DNA of 64,000 nt. Source: Acidobacteriota bacterium (GTDB taxonomy: Bacteria > Acidobacteriota > UBA6911 > RPQK01 > JAJDTT01). Within the stretch, counting starts at the first letter, position 1, and every line of letters starts with the position of its first letter. The notes under the pieces were generated by a model that saw nothing but the letters and a program-made list of their open reading frames with translations, searched no databases and had not been told where the DNA came from. Shown piece by piece: positions 47,665-57,500 of this stretch. Made by a program: the position numbers and the translations under genes. Location: contig OZ253580.1 of assembly GCA_965263035.1 (NCBI GenBank), positions 2,496,001-2,560,000 of the forward strand, written 5' to 3'.

Positions 47665-48894
47665 CTACAACGGCACGTCGTTGATGCTGAATATGGAATA
47701 GAGCATGGAGACCACCATGGTGCCGATGAGCAGGCCCATGACCAGGATGAGCAAGGGCTCGAACAGGGCCACGAACCGCTTGAGCGCCGTCCTCATGTCG
47801 CGGTCGTAGGCCTCGGCGATCTGGAGCAGCATGTCGTCCAGGCGGCCCGTCTCCTCGCCGACGGCCAGCAGGTGCAGGGCGAAGGGGGGAAAGATGTCCG
47901 CGTCGCGGATGGGCTTGGTCAGTCCCTCTCCCTTCTTGATGCCCGACTTGATGGACTCCATGGTGGAGGCGATGGCCTGGTTCCCAATCACCTCCTTGAC
48001 GATGTTCATGGCCTGGATCAGGGGCACGGTGCTGTGCAGCAGAGTGCCCAGGGTCCGGCTGAAACGGCTGACCTCCATCTTGCGGAAGATGGACCCCAGG
48101 AGCGGCAGCTTCAGCATCCGGGCATCCCAGTTGAGCCTTCCCTTCTCGGTCCGGAGGTAGCGCTTGAAGAGCTGCACGCTCCCGATCCCCACCAGCAGGA
48201 TCAGCCACCAATACCCGGTCAGGACGTCGCCGGCGGCCAGCATGATCTTCATGGGCAGGGGAATGGGGGCGCCGGCGTTCTCGAAAATGTCCGCGAACTT
48301 GGGGATGACGAAGCCGATCATGACGATGATGGAGGCTCCTCCCACCAGCGCCAGGACCAGAGGGTAGATGAGGGACGAGACGAAGTAGTTGCGCAGCTCT
48401 TCGGAGCGCTCCAGGTACTCCTGCAGGCGCTCCAGGATCTTGTCCAGGGCGCCGCCGATCTCACCCGCCCGAACCATGTTCACGTAGATCTTGGGGAAGA
48501 TGTGAGGGTGCGTGGCCATGCCCTCGGAAAGGGACTTGCCCGCCTTGATCTCCCGCAGCAGTTCCTTGACCACGTCGCGCAGATGGCGGTTCTCGGTCAA
48601 GTCGCCCAGCACGCTCAGGCTCCGGTCCAGGGGCAGACCCGCCTTCACCAGAGTGGAGAGCTCCTGGGTGAAGACCAGGAGGTCGGCCTGGGCGACTCGA
48701 TTGCGGCGCCAGGGGAGCTTGATCTCGCGGCCCAGCAGGCCGCCGGACTCGGTGGTGCCGGCGGAGGAGATGGTGACCGGAAACTGGCCCTGATCCCGGA
48801 GGCGCGAGGTGACGCCGCGGGCATCCGCCGCCTCCAACGTGCCCTCCACGACACGTCCGTCGGCCGTGACTGCTTTGTACTGGAAGAAAGCCAA
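47665..48894 (-). CDS. gspF: T2SS inner-membrane platform protein
   Basis: ELSTLVKAGLPL, MVRAGEIGG, GEETGRLD, FEPLLI. Confidence 0.95.
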   Translation of the reverse strand: MAFFQYKAVTADGRVVEGTLEAADARGVTSRLRDQGQFPVTISSAGTTESGGLLGREIKLPWRRNRVAQADLLVFTQELSTLVKAGLPLDRSLSVLGDLTENRHLRDVVKELLREIKAGKSLSEGMATHPHIFPKIYVNMVRAGEIGGALDKILERLQEYLERSEELRNYFVSSLIYPLVLALVGGASIIVMIGFVIPKFADIFENAGAPIPLPMKIMLAAGDVLTGYWWLILLVGIGSVQLFKRYLRTEKGRLNWDARMLKLPLLGSIFRKMEVSRFSRTLGTLLHSTVPLIQAMNIVKEVIGNQAIASTMESIKSGIKKGEGLTKPIRDADIFPPFALHLLAVGEETGRLDDMLLQIAEAYDRDMRTALKRFVALFEPLLILVMGLLIGTMVVSMLYSIFSINDVPL

Positions 48895-48941
48895 TTCTCA
48901 AGTCCTACGGAGCAAATTCCCAATCCCACGGAGGATAGAAG

Positions 48942-48967
48942 AGGGCGCCCACGAGGGGCGCCCCTAC
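48942..48967 (-). repeat. Single GTAG-type REP (different family) overlapping the gspE stop
   Basis: GTAGGGGCGCCCCTCGTGGGCGCCCT. Confidence 0.6.
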
Positions 48968-50673
48968 TGATCCTGGGTCACCCTCAACACCTCTGCAATC
49001 GAGGTCAGTCCGGACTTGACCTTGTCGAAGCCGTCATGGCGCAGTGCCACCATCCCGCCTTCGAGGGCCGCCTTTCGCAACTGGGTGGAGTCGGCGTTGG
49101 TGATGGTGAGGCGCCGGATCGGCTCGCGCATCTGCATCAGCTCGAAGATCCCGATCCGGCCCTGATATCCGGTGTGGTCGCACTCCTTGCAACCCATTCC
49201 CTGAAAGGCCGCGACCCCGGACTGCAGAGGAAAGCCGATCTCCCTCAGGAATCCCGGCTCCAAAAACTGCTCCTGCCGGCAGTGGCGGCAGACGACCCGG
49301 ACCAGCCGCTGGGCCAGCACGCCCAGTACCGAGGAGGACAGCAGGTAGTCCTGGGCCCCCATGTCCACCAGCCGGGCGATGGCGCTGGGAGCGTCGTTGG
49401 TGTGCAGGGTGCTGAAGACCAGGTGACCGGTCAGGGCGGCGCGGATGGCGATCTCCGCCGTCTCCAGATCCCGGATCTCGCCCACCATGATGACGTCCGG
49501 GTCCTGGCGGACGATGGAACGGAGCCCGGCGGCGAAGGTCAGCCCGATCTGGGGATTGACGTGGATCTGGTTGATGCCGTTGATCTGATACTCCACCGGG
49601 TCCTCGATGGTGATGATCTTCTTGTCGGGGAGATTGATCTTGCTGAGGGCGCCGTAAAGGGTGGTGGTCTTGCCGCTGCCGGTAGGGCCCGTCACCAGGA
49701 TGATGCCGTGGGGCCGCAGGATCAGTTTCTGGAACGCCTCGTAGGTGTCCCGAGCGAATCCCAGCTTCTCCAGGTCGTAGATCTGGGTGTTGCTCTTGTC
49801 CAGGATCCGCATGACCACGCTCTCTCCGTACATGGTCGGCAACGTGGACACGCGGAGGTCCACGTCCTTCCCCAGGACCCTCATCTTGATCCGGCCGTCC
49901 TGGGGGATCCGGCGCTCGGCGATGTTGAGCTTGGACATGATCTTGATTCGGGAGATGGTGGCGGCCTTCAGCCGCTTGGGGGGAGACTCGACATCGTAGA
50001 GGACGCCGTCGATGCGGTAGCGGACCTTGAGCTCCCGTTCGAAGGGCTCGATGTGGATGTCGGAGGCCCGGGATTCGACGGCCCGGGACAGGATCAGGTT
50101 GACCAGGCGGATGACGGGAGCTTCGGAAGCCAGGTCCTTGAGATGCTCCACGTCGTCGCTGTCCTCCAGGCCCTCCACGTCGGTGTCGATCCCCTCCACG
50201 ATGCGCCCCAGACTCGACGCCTGGTTCCCGTAGAAGCGCTCGATCAGATCCAGGATCTCGCTCTCCGGGGCCAGGACCACCGTGACCCGGTCGTAGCGGG
50301 TGTAGAGGCGGATGGCATCCAGGGTGGAGCGGTCCAGCGGGTCCACCATGGCGATGGTCAACTCTCCGCCGTCGGCGCCGATGGGGACGAACTTGCACTC
50401 CCGCATGAACTGGACCGAGAAGGTGTTCTCCACCACCGGGACCGTGGGGAAATTCTCGGCCACGACGTAGGGGATCTCCAGATACTCGCTCAGATGCCGG
50501 ACCAGGTCGGCCTCCGAGAGAGCCCCCATGTCGATGAGCAACTTTCCGAACTTCTCCGGGGACTGCCTCTGGAGATTGTGGGCCGTGCTCAGTTCCTCGG
50601 AAGAGATGATCCCCCGCTCGACCAGCACCTCTCCGAAAAGGGCCTTTTCCTTCAACTCAGCCAGTTTGACCAT
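48964..50673 (-). CDS. gspE: T2SS ATPase
   Basis: ASDIHIEP, GPTGSGKTTT, TIEDPVEY, RQDPD, TGHLVFSTLHTN, CxxC pairs. Confidence 0.96.
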   Translation of the reverse strand: MVKLAELKEKALFGEVLVERGIISSEELSTAHNLQRQSPEKFGKLLIDMGALSEADLVRHLSEYLEIPYVVAENFPTVPVVENTFSVQFMRECKFVPIGADGGELTIAMVDPLDRSTLDAIRLYTRYDRVTVVLAPESEILDLIERFYGNQASSLGRIVEGIDTDVEGLEDSDDVEHLKDLASEAPVIRLVNLILSRAVESRASDIHIEPFERELKVRYRIDGVLYDVESPPKRLKAATISRIKIMSKLNIAERRIPQDGRIKMRVLGKDVDLRVSTLPTMYGESVVMRILDKSNTQIYDLEKLGFARDTYEAFQKLILRPHGIILVTGPTGSGKTTTLYGALSKINLPDKKIITIEDPVEYQINGINQIHVNPQIGLTFAAGLRSIVRQDPDVIMVGEIRDLETAEIAIRAALTGHLVFSTLHTNDAPSAIARLVDMGAQDYLLSSSVLGVLAQRLVRVVCRHCRQEQFLEPGFLREIGFPLQSGVAAFQGMGCKECDHTGYQGRIGIFELMQMREPIRRLTITNADSTQLRKAALEGGMVALRHDGFDKVKSGLTSIAEVLRVTQDQ

Positions 50674-50687
50674 GGGAAATCTCGAAA

Positions 50688-51236
50688 TCAGTACTCCATG
50701 ACGTCGACCCGGTCCCTGAAGTTCTCGGCGGAGATCTTCTTGATGGCCACCAGATCGACGTCGTCCTTGGAGGTGGTCAGGATCAGGGTCTTACGGCTCT
50801 TCCTGGCGTCGAGCTCGTTCCGGTCGTCGACGTAGGCGGCGATGGAGATGCGGTCGTGGCCCCCCAGTTGCTTGATGCTGTCGCCATACTCGATCAGGGC
50901 GTCGATGAGGGTCGTCCGGATCACGCGCATGTGCTCCTCGGCGGTGCGCCTCGAGGTCGGCCTCGGATCCCGCACCTCGCCGAACGGAGTCCGAATGGTC
51001 CTGCGATTCACGTTGATCTGGAAGGAGAAGAGCATCCCGTAGCCCTGCAGATAGGCTCCCCGGGGCTCACTCGTGATGGCGAACGGATCGGAGAAGTTCT
51101 GCTTGAGCACCTCGTGGACGATGCGTTCGAAGATCTCGGTGTCCTGTTTCAACCGCTCCAGGTTGAGATGCTGCTGGGCGAGTCCGTTCACGCTGGACAA
51201 CCAGCCCGCAAGCACGACCAGTCCAATGTACCACAT
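50688..51236 (-). CDS. Exported hypothetical protein in the ECF-T2SS operon
   Basis: Signal peptide MWYIGLVVLAGW..; GAGGGGG upstream; GAYLQGYGMLF. Confidence 0.75.
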   Translation of the reverse strand: MWYIGLVVLAGWLSSVNGLAQQHLNLERLKQDTEIFERIVHEVLKQNFSDPFAITSEPRGAYLQGYGMLFSFQINVNRRTIRTPFGEVRDPRPTSRRTAEEHMRVIRTTLIDALIEYGDSIKQLGGHDRISIAAYVDDRNELDARKSRKTLILTTSKDDVDLVAIKKISAENFRDRVDVMEY

Positions 51237-51394
51237 CACCTTCAACCCCCCTCTTGGCGACTCGCGGCCGATTCCGGGGAGTCGGCCGGTCGTCGCAGAT
51301 TCCAAGTTCCAGGCACCAAACAGGTGGTTCGTCCCATTTTCAAACGAAGTGTCCGAATTCGGACACTTCGTCCCATTTTCGGACACTTGGCCCA

Positions 51395-51955
51395 TCAGCG
51401 CGTGATCAGGGCGCGCACGGCCCGATAGTCCTCCTGAGCATCTCTTTGCTGCAAGTCCAGGACCTGCAGATCCTGATGGATCTGGCCCATGTCCCGCTCC
51501 AGGTCGTCGCGCACCTGGAGCAGAGCCTGTCCGATGAGGCGCCGCTCCTCCTCCTGCCGCGCGACCGCCACGTCGTTGATCATCGTCTCCAATTCCTGGC
51601 GCGTCACCTCCAAGGTGGCCCGTTCCACCCAGCCCAGATCCCGGGCGATGACCGTCATCCCCAGAAGAATCAGGATGCAGGCCGCCGCCTTGTAGACGAC
51701 TTTCCAGGCCGGAATCCGGTCGATCCCGCGGAGGAAACCGAGGACCTTGGCGCCGGAACCGGCGCGGGCCTCGGGAACCGCCTGGTCCAGCTCCCACTGG
51801 CCCAACAGGGAACGAGTCTCCACCAACTCCAGGTATTCGGCCTTGCAATCGGGGCAACTCTCCAAGTGGCGGAAAAACTCCAGGCAGCGATCGGGGCTCA
51901 GCTCCTCTCCGTAGAGGACGTCCATCATCCGCTCGTGCATGGCCGTGCAGCTCAT
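51395..51955 (-). CDS. zf-HC2 anti-sigma factor
   Basis: HLESCPDC, TM, coiled coil; ATGA coupling. Confidence 0.88.
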   Translation of the reverse strand: MSCTAMHERMMDVLYGEELSPDRCLEFFRHLESCPDCKAEYLELVETRSLLGQWELDQAVPEARAGSGAKVLGFLRGIDRIPAWKVVYKAAACILILLGMTVIARDLGWVERATLEVTRQELETMINDVAVARQEEERRLIGQALLQVRDDLERDMGQIHQDLQVLDLQQRDAQEDYRAVRALITR

Positions 51956-52500
51956 AGTCTCTTCTCCATCAATCTTCTCAACGTCTTCAATCCCAGATAC
52001 ATGCGCGATTTCACCGTGGAAAGGGGCAGATCCAGAACCTGAGCGATCTCGCGGAACTTCAGGCCCTGATATTCCTTCATCAAGATGACCGTCCTCTGCT
52101 TCTCGGGCAGCTTCAACAGGGCCTCCCGAAGCAGCCGGACCGTCTCCTTGGTGGCCAGAGCCTGCTCGGGCGTCGGCTGGTCGGCCTTGGTCAGCGGCGC
52201 CTCGACCGACTCCAGCAGCGGCACCGTGTCCCAGCGGCGGCGGCGAAAACGCATCCGGCACTCGTTGAGGGCGATCTTGTAGAGCCAGGAGGAGAAGCGC
52301 CTGGGATCGGTCAGGCGGCCCAGGTTCTTGTACGCCTTAACAAAGGTCTCCTGGGTCAGATCGCGGGCTTCCTCCCGATTGCCGACGTAGCGGTAGATGA
52401 AGCCGTAGATCCTCCGCTCCCACCGGGTCACCAGCTCGCCGAAGCAGCCGCCGTCTCCGGCCAACGCCAACTGGAGTAGATTCTCGTCGCTGAAACTCAT
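51952..52500 (-). CDS. ECF RNA polymerase sigma factor
   Basis: EARDLTQETFVKAY, FSSWLYKIALN, FREIAQVL..PLSTVKSR. Confidence 0.95.
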   Translation of the reverse strand: MSFSDENLLQLALAGDGGCFGELVTRWERRIYGFIYRYVGNREEARDLTQETFVKAYKNLGRLTDPRRFSSWLYKIALNECRMRFRRRRWDTVPLLESVEAPLTKADQPTPEQALATKETVRLLREALLKLPEKQRTVILMKEYQGLKFREIAQVLDLPLSTVKSRMYLGLKTLRRLMEKRL

Positions 52501-52519
52501 CCTCGTTCCTGTTTGATGA

Positions 52520-52546
52520 GGATGCGCCATTTCGTTCGAAAGTCTA
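52520..52546 (-). promoter_or_regulatory. Putative ECF promoter variant for the sigma/T2SS operon
   Basis: TAGACTTT-N13-GCATCC, 20 nt before ATG. Confidence 0.45.
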
Positions 52547-52618
52547 AAGAAAAAACGTTTTCGGTCTGAATTCCCGAGGGCCGGTCAACGTCATTATCGC
52601 AGAAAGACTTTTCTTTGA

Positions 52619-52871
52619 TCGAGGCGCCGACCAAGCTCCGGCTCCAAGGCCGGAGCCAGGTTTCGACCGCGGCAACTGGCTGCCAGTTTACCAGTTACGC
52701 CCGAGTCTGACGGATCGGCCGCGTCTCTCGGCGCGGGTTTGGCCTCGAAGTTGCTTAGTGACGTACCCCCGAGACTCCGGCTACGGACTGGATCGGGTGG
52801 GGCCGCCGGTAATACCTGTGCTTCGCAGAAACAGGGTGGGAACCCGGCGGCCCCATCCGTCCTTACGGGGG
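52619..52871. ncRNA. Unclassified highly structured intergenic element
   Basis: Nested stems 52619-25/52742-48, 52635-42/52649-56, 52766-71/52866-71, 52794-809/52844-59; no family recognised. Confidence 0.35.
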
Positions 52872-52991
52872 ACCGCCGGAGGATTCGCGACCGAGAACGC
52901 ACCTCCCGAACTCTGACCTGATTTTCCGAATGGAACGGGAATGAAATAGTGGCGAGGAACCCGCCACTATCCGGCACTATCCGGCACTAGG

Positions 52992-53152
52992 GGAGTCTGC
53001 GCGGTAGAAATGATCGTAGCGAGAAAGTGGGGAATCGAGGCCGGATTTTCTCGATTTGGAGGTGCATAGTTGTTCTATTCGCCGAGAAATCGGGGAAATA
53101 TGGACCGATTCTACCGCTTTCGCAGTAGCTCAATTTCTGCCGCGCAGGCTCC
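52992..53152 (-). mobile_element. 161-bp MITE, copy 5 (inverted)
   Basis: Same TIRs; its first G is the last base of the M23 gene TAG stop. Confidence 0.9.
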
Positions 53153-54033
53153 TAGTAACGGAAGAAGCGGACGGGATTCAGGGGACGGCTGCCGAGCTGA
53201 ATTTCGTAGTGGAGATGAGGGCCGGTGGTGCGGCCCGTGGAACCGACGTATCCGACGATGTCTCCACGTTGGACCTTCTGCCCCACCTTGACGTTGACCT
53301 CGGCCAGATGGCCATAGCGGGTGACGATGCCGAAACGGTGGCGGAGGCTGACCAACCGGCCGTACCCATGGTGCCAGCCGGCGCGGGTCACTTCCCCATC
53401 GCTGGTGGCCACGACCTTGGCGCCGCGAGGGGCCGAAATGTCGACGCCGGGATGGAATTCCCTGTTTCCGGTGAAGGGGTCGCTCCGGTAGCCGTATCCG
53501 CCCGACGGATACCCCCGCACCGGCATCACGGTGGGCAGGGCGGACTGAAGGATGCTGCGAGTCGTGTAGTAATCCTGAAACCGGCGCAACTCACTCTCCA
53601 AAGTCATCCGCCGACCGTCCAGGGTCCGGAAACGCTTCAGGAGGTCTCCATGATCCAGGGTCAGGAGTGGGCGAGCCACCTGGCCGGGGCCGCCGGCGCC
53701 GCCCATGCCGTCGTCATCGTTCTCGGAGAGGAACTTGAGCCGGGTGGCGGTCACTTCCAGCGAGGAGATCTGGTCGGTCAACTTGCCGGAGACGGCCCTC
53801 AGACCCGCATTTTCCTGCCGCATGCGGGCGACCTCCGTCTCGAGCTGGACCACGTGGACGGTTCGTTCCGCCATCCACCAGTAATGGAGCATGGAGAACA
53901 GGAAGGAGAGAAACAGGACACCGCCGAGCAGACCGACAACGGACGTCAGGACCACGGGCAGGGAATACTTCCTGGCGCCCTCGCTCCCGGAACGAGCGAT
54001 AATCAGGGTATAGGTTTCACCAGCTTTGAACAC
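53152..54033 (-). CDS. M23 family peptidase (TM, coiled coil, LytM domain)
   Basis: FHPGVDI, TRYGHL, STGRTTGPHLHYEI; start uncertain (GTG 54033 or ATG 54096). Confidence 0.92.
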   Translation of the reverse strand: MFKAGETYTLIIARSGSEGARKYSLPVVLTSVVGLLGGVLFLSFLFSMLHYWWMAERTVHVVQLETEVARMRQENAGLRAVSGKLTDQISSLEVTATRLKFLSENDDDGMGGAGGPGQVARPLLTLDHGDLLKRFRTLDGRRMTLESELRRFQDYYTTRSILQSALPTVMPVRGYPSGGYGYRSDPFTGNREFHPGVDISAPRGAKVVATSDGEVTRAGWHHGYGRLVSLRHRFGIVTRYGHLAEVNVKVGQKVQRGDIVGYVGSTGRTTGPHLHYEIQLGSRPLNPVRFFRY

Positions 54034-54237
54034 TGTTGCCTGCTTTGAGAGATGGGGACGAGTCCGACCGCGGTTTCCCGTCCGGAGGCGCCCCATCAGC
54101 CATCAGGCGCCGGTCAGGACATCGAGAGTCGGATTCTAGTTTGGACTCTTCCGGAAAGTCAATGCCGGAGAGAAAAGAGGAAAGAGAAAAGATCCCCCAC
54201 CGGCCCGGTCCGGCGGACACCCGGTAGAAAAAGGGTA

Positions 54238-54327
54238 GGAGCGCCGGTTTCCAACCACCGAACTCCGCTGGAGCATGGACGAATGGGCGACTGGAAGTCG
54301 CCCCTCCTTGTTTCTTAGAAGAGGAAA
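54238..54327 (+). repeat. REPIN-like doublet, near-identical to 63915-64000 (inverted)
   Basis: Shared spacer and flank ..gaactccg.tggagcatgga.gaatgggcgactggaagtcgcccctccttgtttcttagaagag. Confidence 0.85.
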
Positions 54328-54527
54328 GAGTTGGCGTTGGGCCGCCGGGTGTGATGAACCGAGGCCATGCGATGCTTGGGACATCGTGAGCCGGTAGAGA
54401 GATGACGTGTTGCGGCTCCCGGGGGGCCGAAGATATCTTCCCACAAGAGTCACATATCTCGAACGGCGCCGTTCGACCACCCGATTCACCTGACATCTCT
54501 TCACTCTTTCCTCCTTTCCTCCGTCTA

Positions 54528-57500
54528 CTACTGACTCCTGATTTCATTACTGGCGTACCTGCCGAGTTCGCCGTCGATTCGGATCTCGGCGGCCAGCCGG
54601 AACTCTCCAGGCGCCGACGGCGTGTAGGCGCAGAGTTGGCCGGTGGATTGGGTTCCTTCCACGTCCGCCCACTCGGCGTCCGAGGACGCACGGGTCTGCC
54701 ATCCGGAATTGACGACGGCGTAGTGGGCGCCATCGATGACGGCGTCCTCCAATCCGATGCAACCTGACGTCGAAATGGGTCCGAACGTCACCTGGCCGGG
54801 CGATACCGAGAGCAACTCCAGCCGCGTGTAGGAGCCGTCTTCCAATCCGACCTCGTCGGCGCCGACCCGCTCGAAGACCACGATGCCTTCGTCGGCCGTG
54901 TCGACGTACGCGTGCCTGCCGTCGGGACTGGTCGCGAGACTCCGAGTCTCGCCGAATTCGGGCACCGGGTTGTTGAAGCGGTCCGGCTGCCGAATCGACA
55001 CGTAGTCGGTCAGCGCGACTTCACCGGATTGGACTCCATCGGGTCCCCCTTCGCCGTTCTCGGCTTCATCGGTTCCGGGCCGCCACTCGACGTCGTAGGC
55101 CAGATCCGTACAGAAGACGTCCACCGCAGGAGTTCCATGCCGCGCGCCGGCAAGCCCGCACCGATTCCTCGACAGGAAAGGGGAAAAGCCTGGGAACTGG
55201 TTGAAGCCAGGGACAATTTGAGGTCCCGACAGAGTCAGGCGCAGGGTTCCCAACGGACTCGGATCGGTGGGATCCGCTTCCAGGTCGAACACCGTCGTGG
55301 TCTGGCCATCGTCGTGGAAGACGAACAGATGCCGGTCGTCGCCGGTGATGGCCAGCGCTTCCAAGCCGAAGAGCGGATTCATACCCTTGGTTGCGTCCGT
55401 GAGCATCCCCGTTTCGGCGTCGCGTTCGTAGACGTGCAACGAACGGAACGTCCCCGCGTAGACGTGACTCCCACCATTGGAGATCAGGGCCCGTGTGAGT
55501 CCCGGGACCTCCAGGGTCTGGACATGCGGCAGTTCGCCCGGGGTATCCAAGGCCAGGACCTGCAACCGGTCGGCGCCGGGAAGGACCGCGTTGAGGAACG
55601 AGCCTTCGCCGTCCAGGAACAGGTCGCCGAATACTCCGGTGCTGCACTCGGCAGCGGCCGGCGGACCTCCGGTGACCGGAATCGTTCCCTCGTCCTCCAG
55701 TTTCCGTTGGGTCTCATCGAGGGGTGCGAAACTGCGCCAGGTCCCGCAGCGATGGGCGTAGAGCCGGTCTCGATGCGGATCCCAGATCAGAGAACTGTCT
55801 TCCAGGCCGTCGTCTTCCAATTGTTGGACAGAAGCCAGGCCCCCGGTCTTGGAGTTGCGTTCGAAGACTTGCAGCCCCAGCTTCGACGCCGCGTACAGAG
55901 CCGTGCCGCGGTCGTTGAAGACCAGGTTGGTGGGCCCTCGGAGCCGTACCGAGGCGCCGTTGGCGTCCCGGCCGCCGTCGGCCAGGCGTCCGGCGTATTT
56001 TAGCCAGACCGGAGGATCGGTCTCCTCCCAGTTCAGGGTGAAGTCGCCGCCCGGATGGGCGCCGCGGGCTCCCAATCGAATCGTGTAGCGGCTTCCCGCC
56101 TCGCCGCGGAAGACGATCTCGACGGCGTCGGAAATGATGCTCTCCGGCTGGTGGCTGCTCCTCACGAACTCAATCGATCCGGACCCGTCGGTACGGTCCT
56201 CGTAGACGGAAAGCACCCAGGGACTGTAGGGGTCGTCCAGCCAGAAGCGAACCCAACCGTCCGCGGGCGCTTCGTAGGTCCACCAGAGGGACGAGTGTCC
56301 CAACATTGACGTCCGTTCCCCCCGTTCGGTGGAGGCAAAACGATTCGATTCGGAGACGGAGCCGGCCGCTTCCTCCAGCACCGTCGCGCTCGCCAGATTG
56401 TCGTTGCCTGGGGTCGGTCCCCAAATCATCGTGGCGTACGCGGTGCGCAGCGCATAGGCCAAAAGACTTCGCGCCGGAAAACCGGCCGCGATCCAGTATC
56501 GCTGTCCGCCCGTGGCCTGGAACACGAAATCGGACGGCACGACGTTGGGCGGTGTCTGCGCCACCAGTTCCAGGTCTTCGATGGAGGTACCGGCGAATAC
56601 GGTCACCCGCAAATAGGAATAAGTGAAGGAGTCCTGGAGCCGCCAGGTGTAGCGGCCGTCCTCCGGAGCTTCCCAGACCCACCACCGGGTCCGGACCCCG
56701 GTTTCGGCAGGCTCGCCCGGCTCCACCGTTGCCATGCCGTCGATGCCAATGAAGAATTGGGACGAGGGGACACTCTCGAGCGGGATCGCCCCGATACGCT
56801 GATCGTTGTCGAGGACGGCTACTCTCACCAATGCATCCCAACTCAACTCGTAGGAACCACTGGGCGCTTGGGCGCTGGGAGCGGCGACCGCGATACGATA
56901 TTCGTTCCCGGCGGCCGCCGGGAACCAAGCCTCCGAACGGGGCAGTTGGGAGACCAGTCGAAGGGCCGGAATGCCGTCTCCCTCGAATACGAACACGCGC
57001 TTTGTGGGGTCACTGGAGAAACGCCACCAGCCGTCGTCCGGGGCCGTCCACCGGTACCAAGTCGTGCCCGCGTCTACTAAGAACCACTCGCCCGGTTCCA
57101 GGGTGGCGCCCTGACTGGTGCCTCCCACGGCGCCACTGGCACCCTTCAGCACGGCGGCCCGGTCGAGGTCGTCGTTGACCGGGCGGTCCCCCTGGGACCA
57201 ACGAAGATCGAGCGCGGTCCCCCGGCTCCTGTGGCTCACCCGGACCCGGTAGGTTTCCCCCTCCCCGGCGAAAAAGATCGCTCCCCACAGATCCGATGCG
57301 ACTCGCTCCAGCGCCGCGATGGCGTCACCGCTGAAAACGTCGACGCGGTCGTCGCGCCCGTCCCCGAGCTCGCCCGGCGGGTGGATATTGAAACGGACTG
57401 CACCGTCTGCCGGCGCCGTCCACCGATACCAGACCGAACCGGCGGGCCGCCCCTGACGGGCAGTGAAAAACGGTTCTCCCGGCTCCGGTGTCGCCAGCAG

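Noticed and set aside
47353-50835. 1160-aa plus-strand ORF (and similar ORFs 4795..7269, 41911..44226, 38787..40601)
   Set aside because: Antisense shadows of well-supported minus-strand genes.
52799-52860. GGGGCCG start as tmRNA or tRNA
   Set aside because: No T-loop, CCA end or tag ORF; retained only as an unclassified structure.
52964-52990. cactatccgg tandem 10-mer beside MITE copy 5
   Set aside because: Only ~2.5 copies; most simply a slippage duplication.
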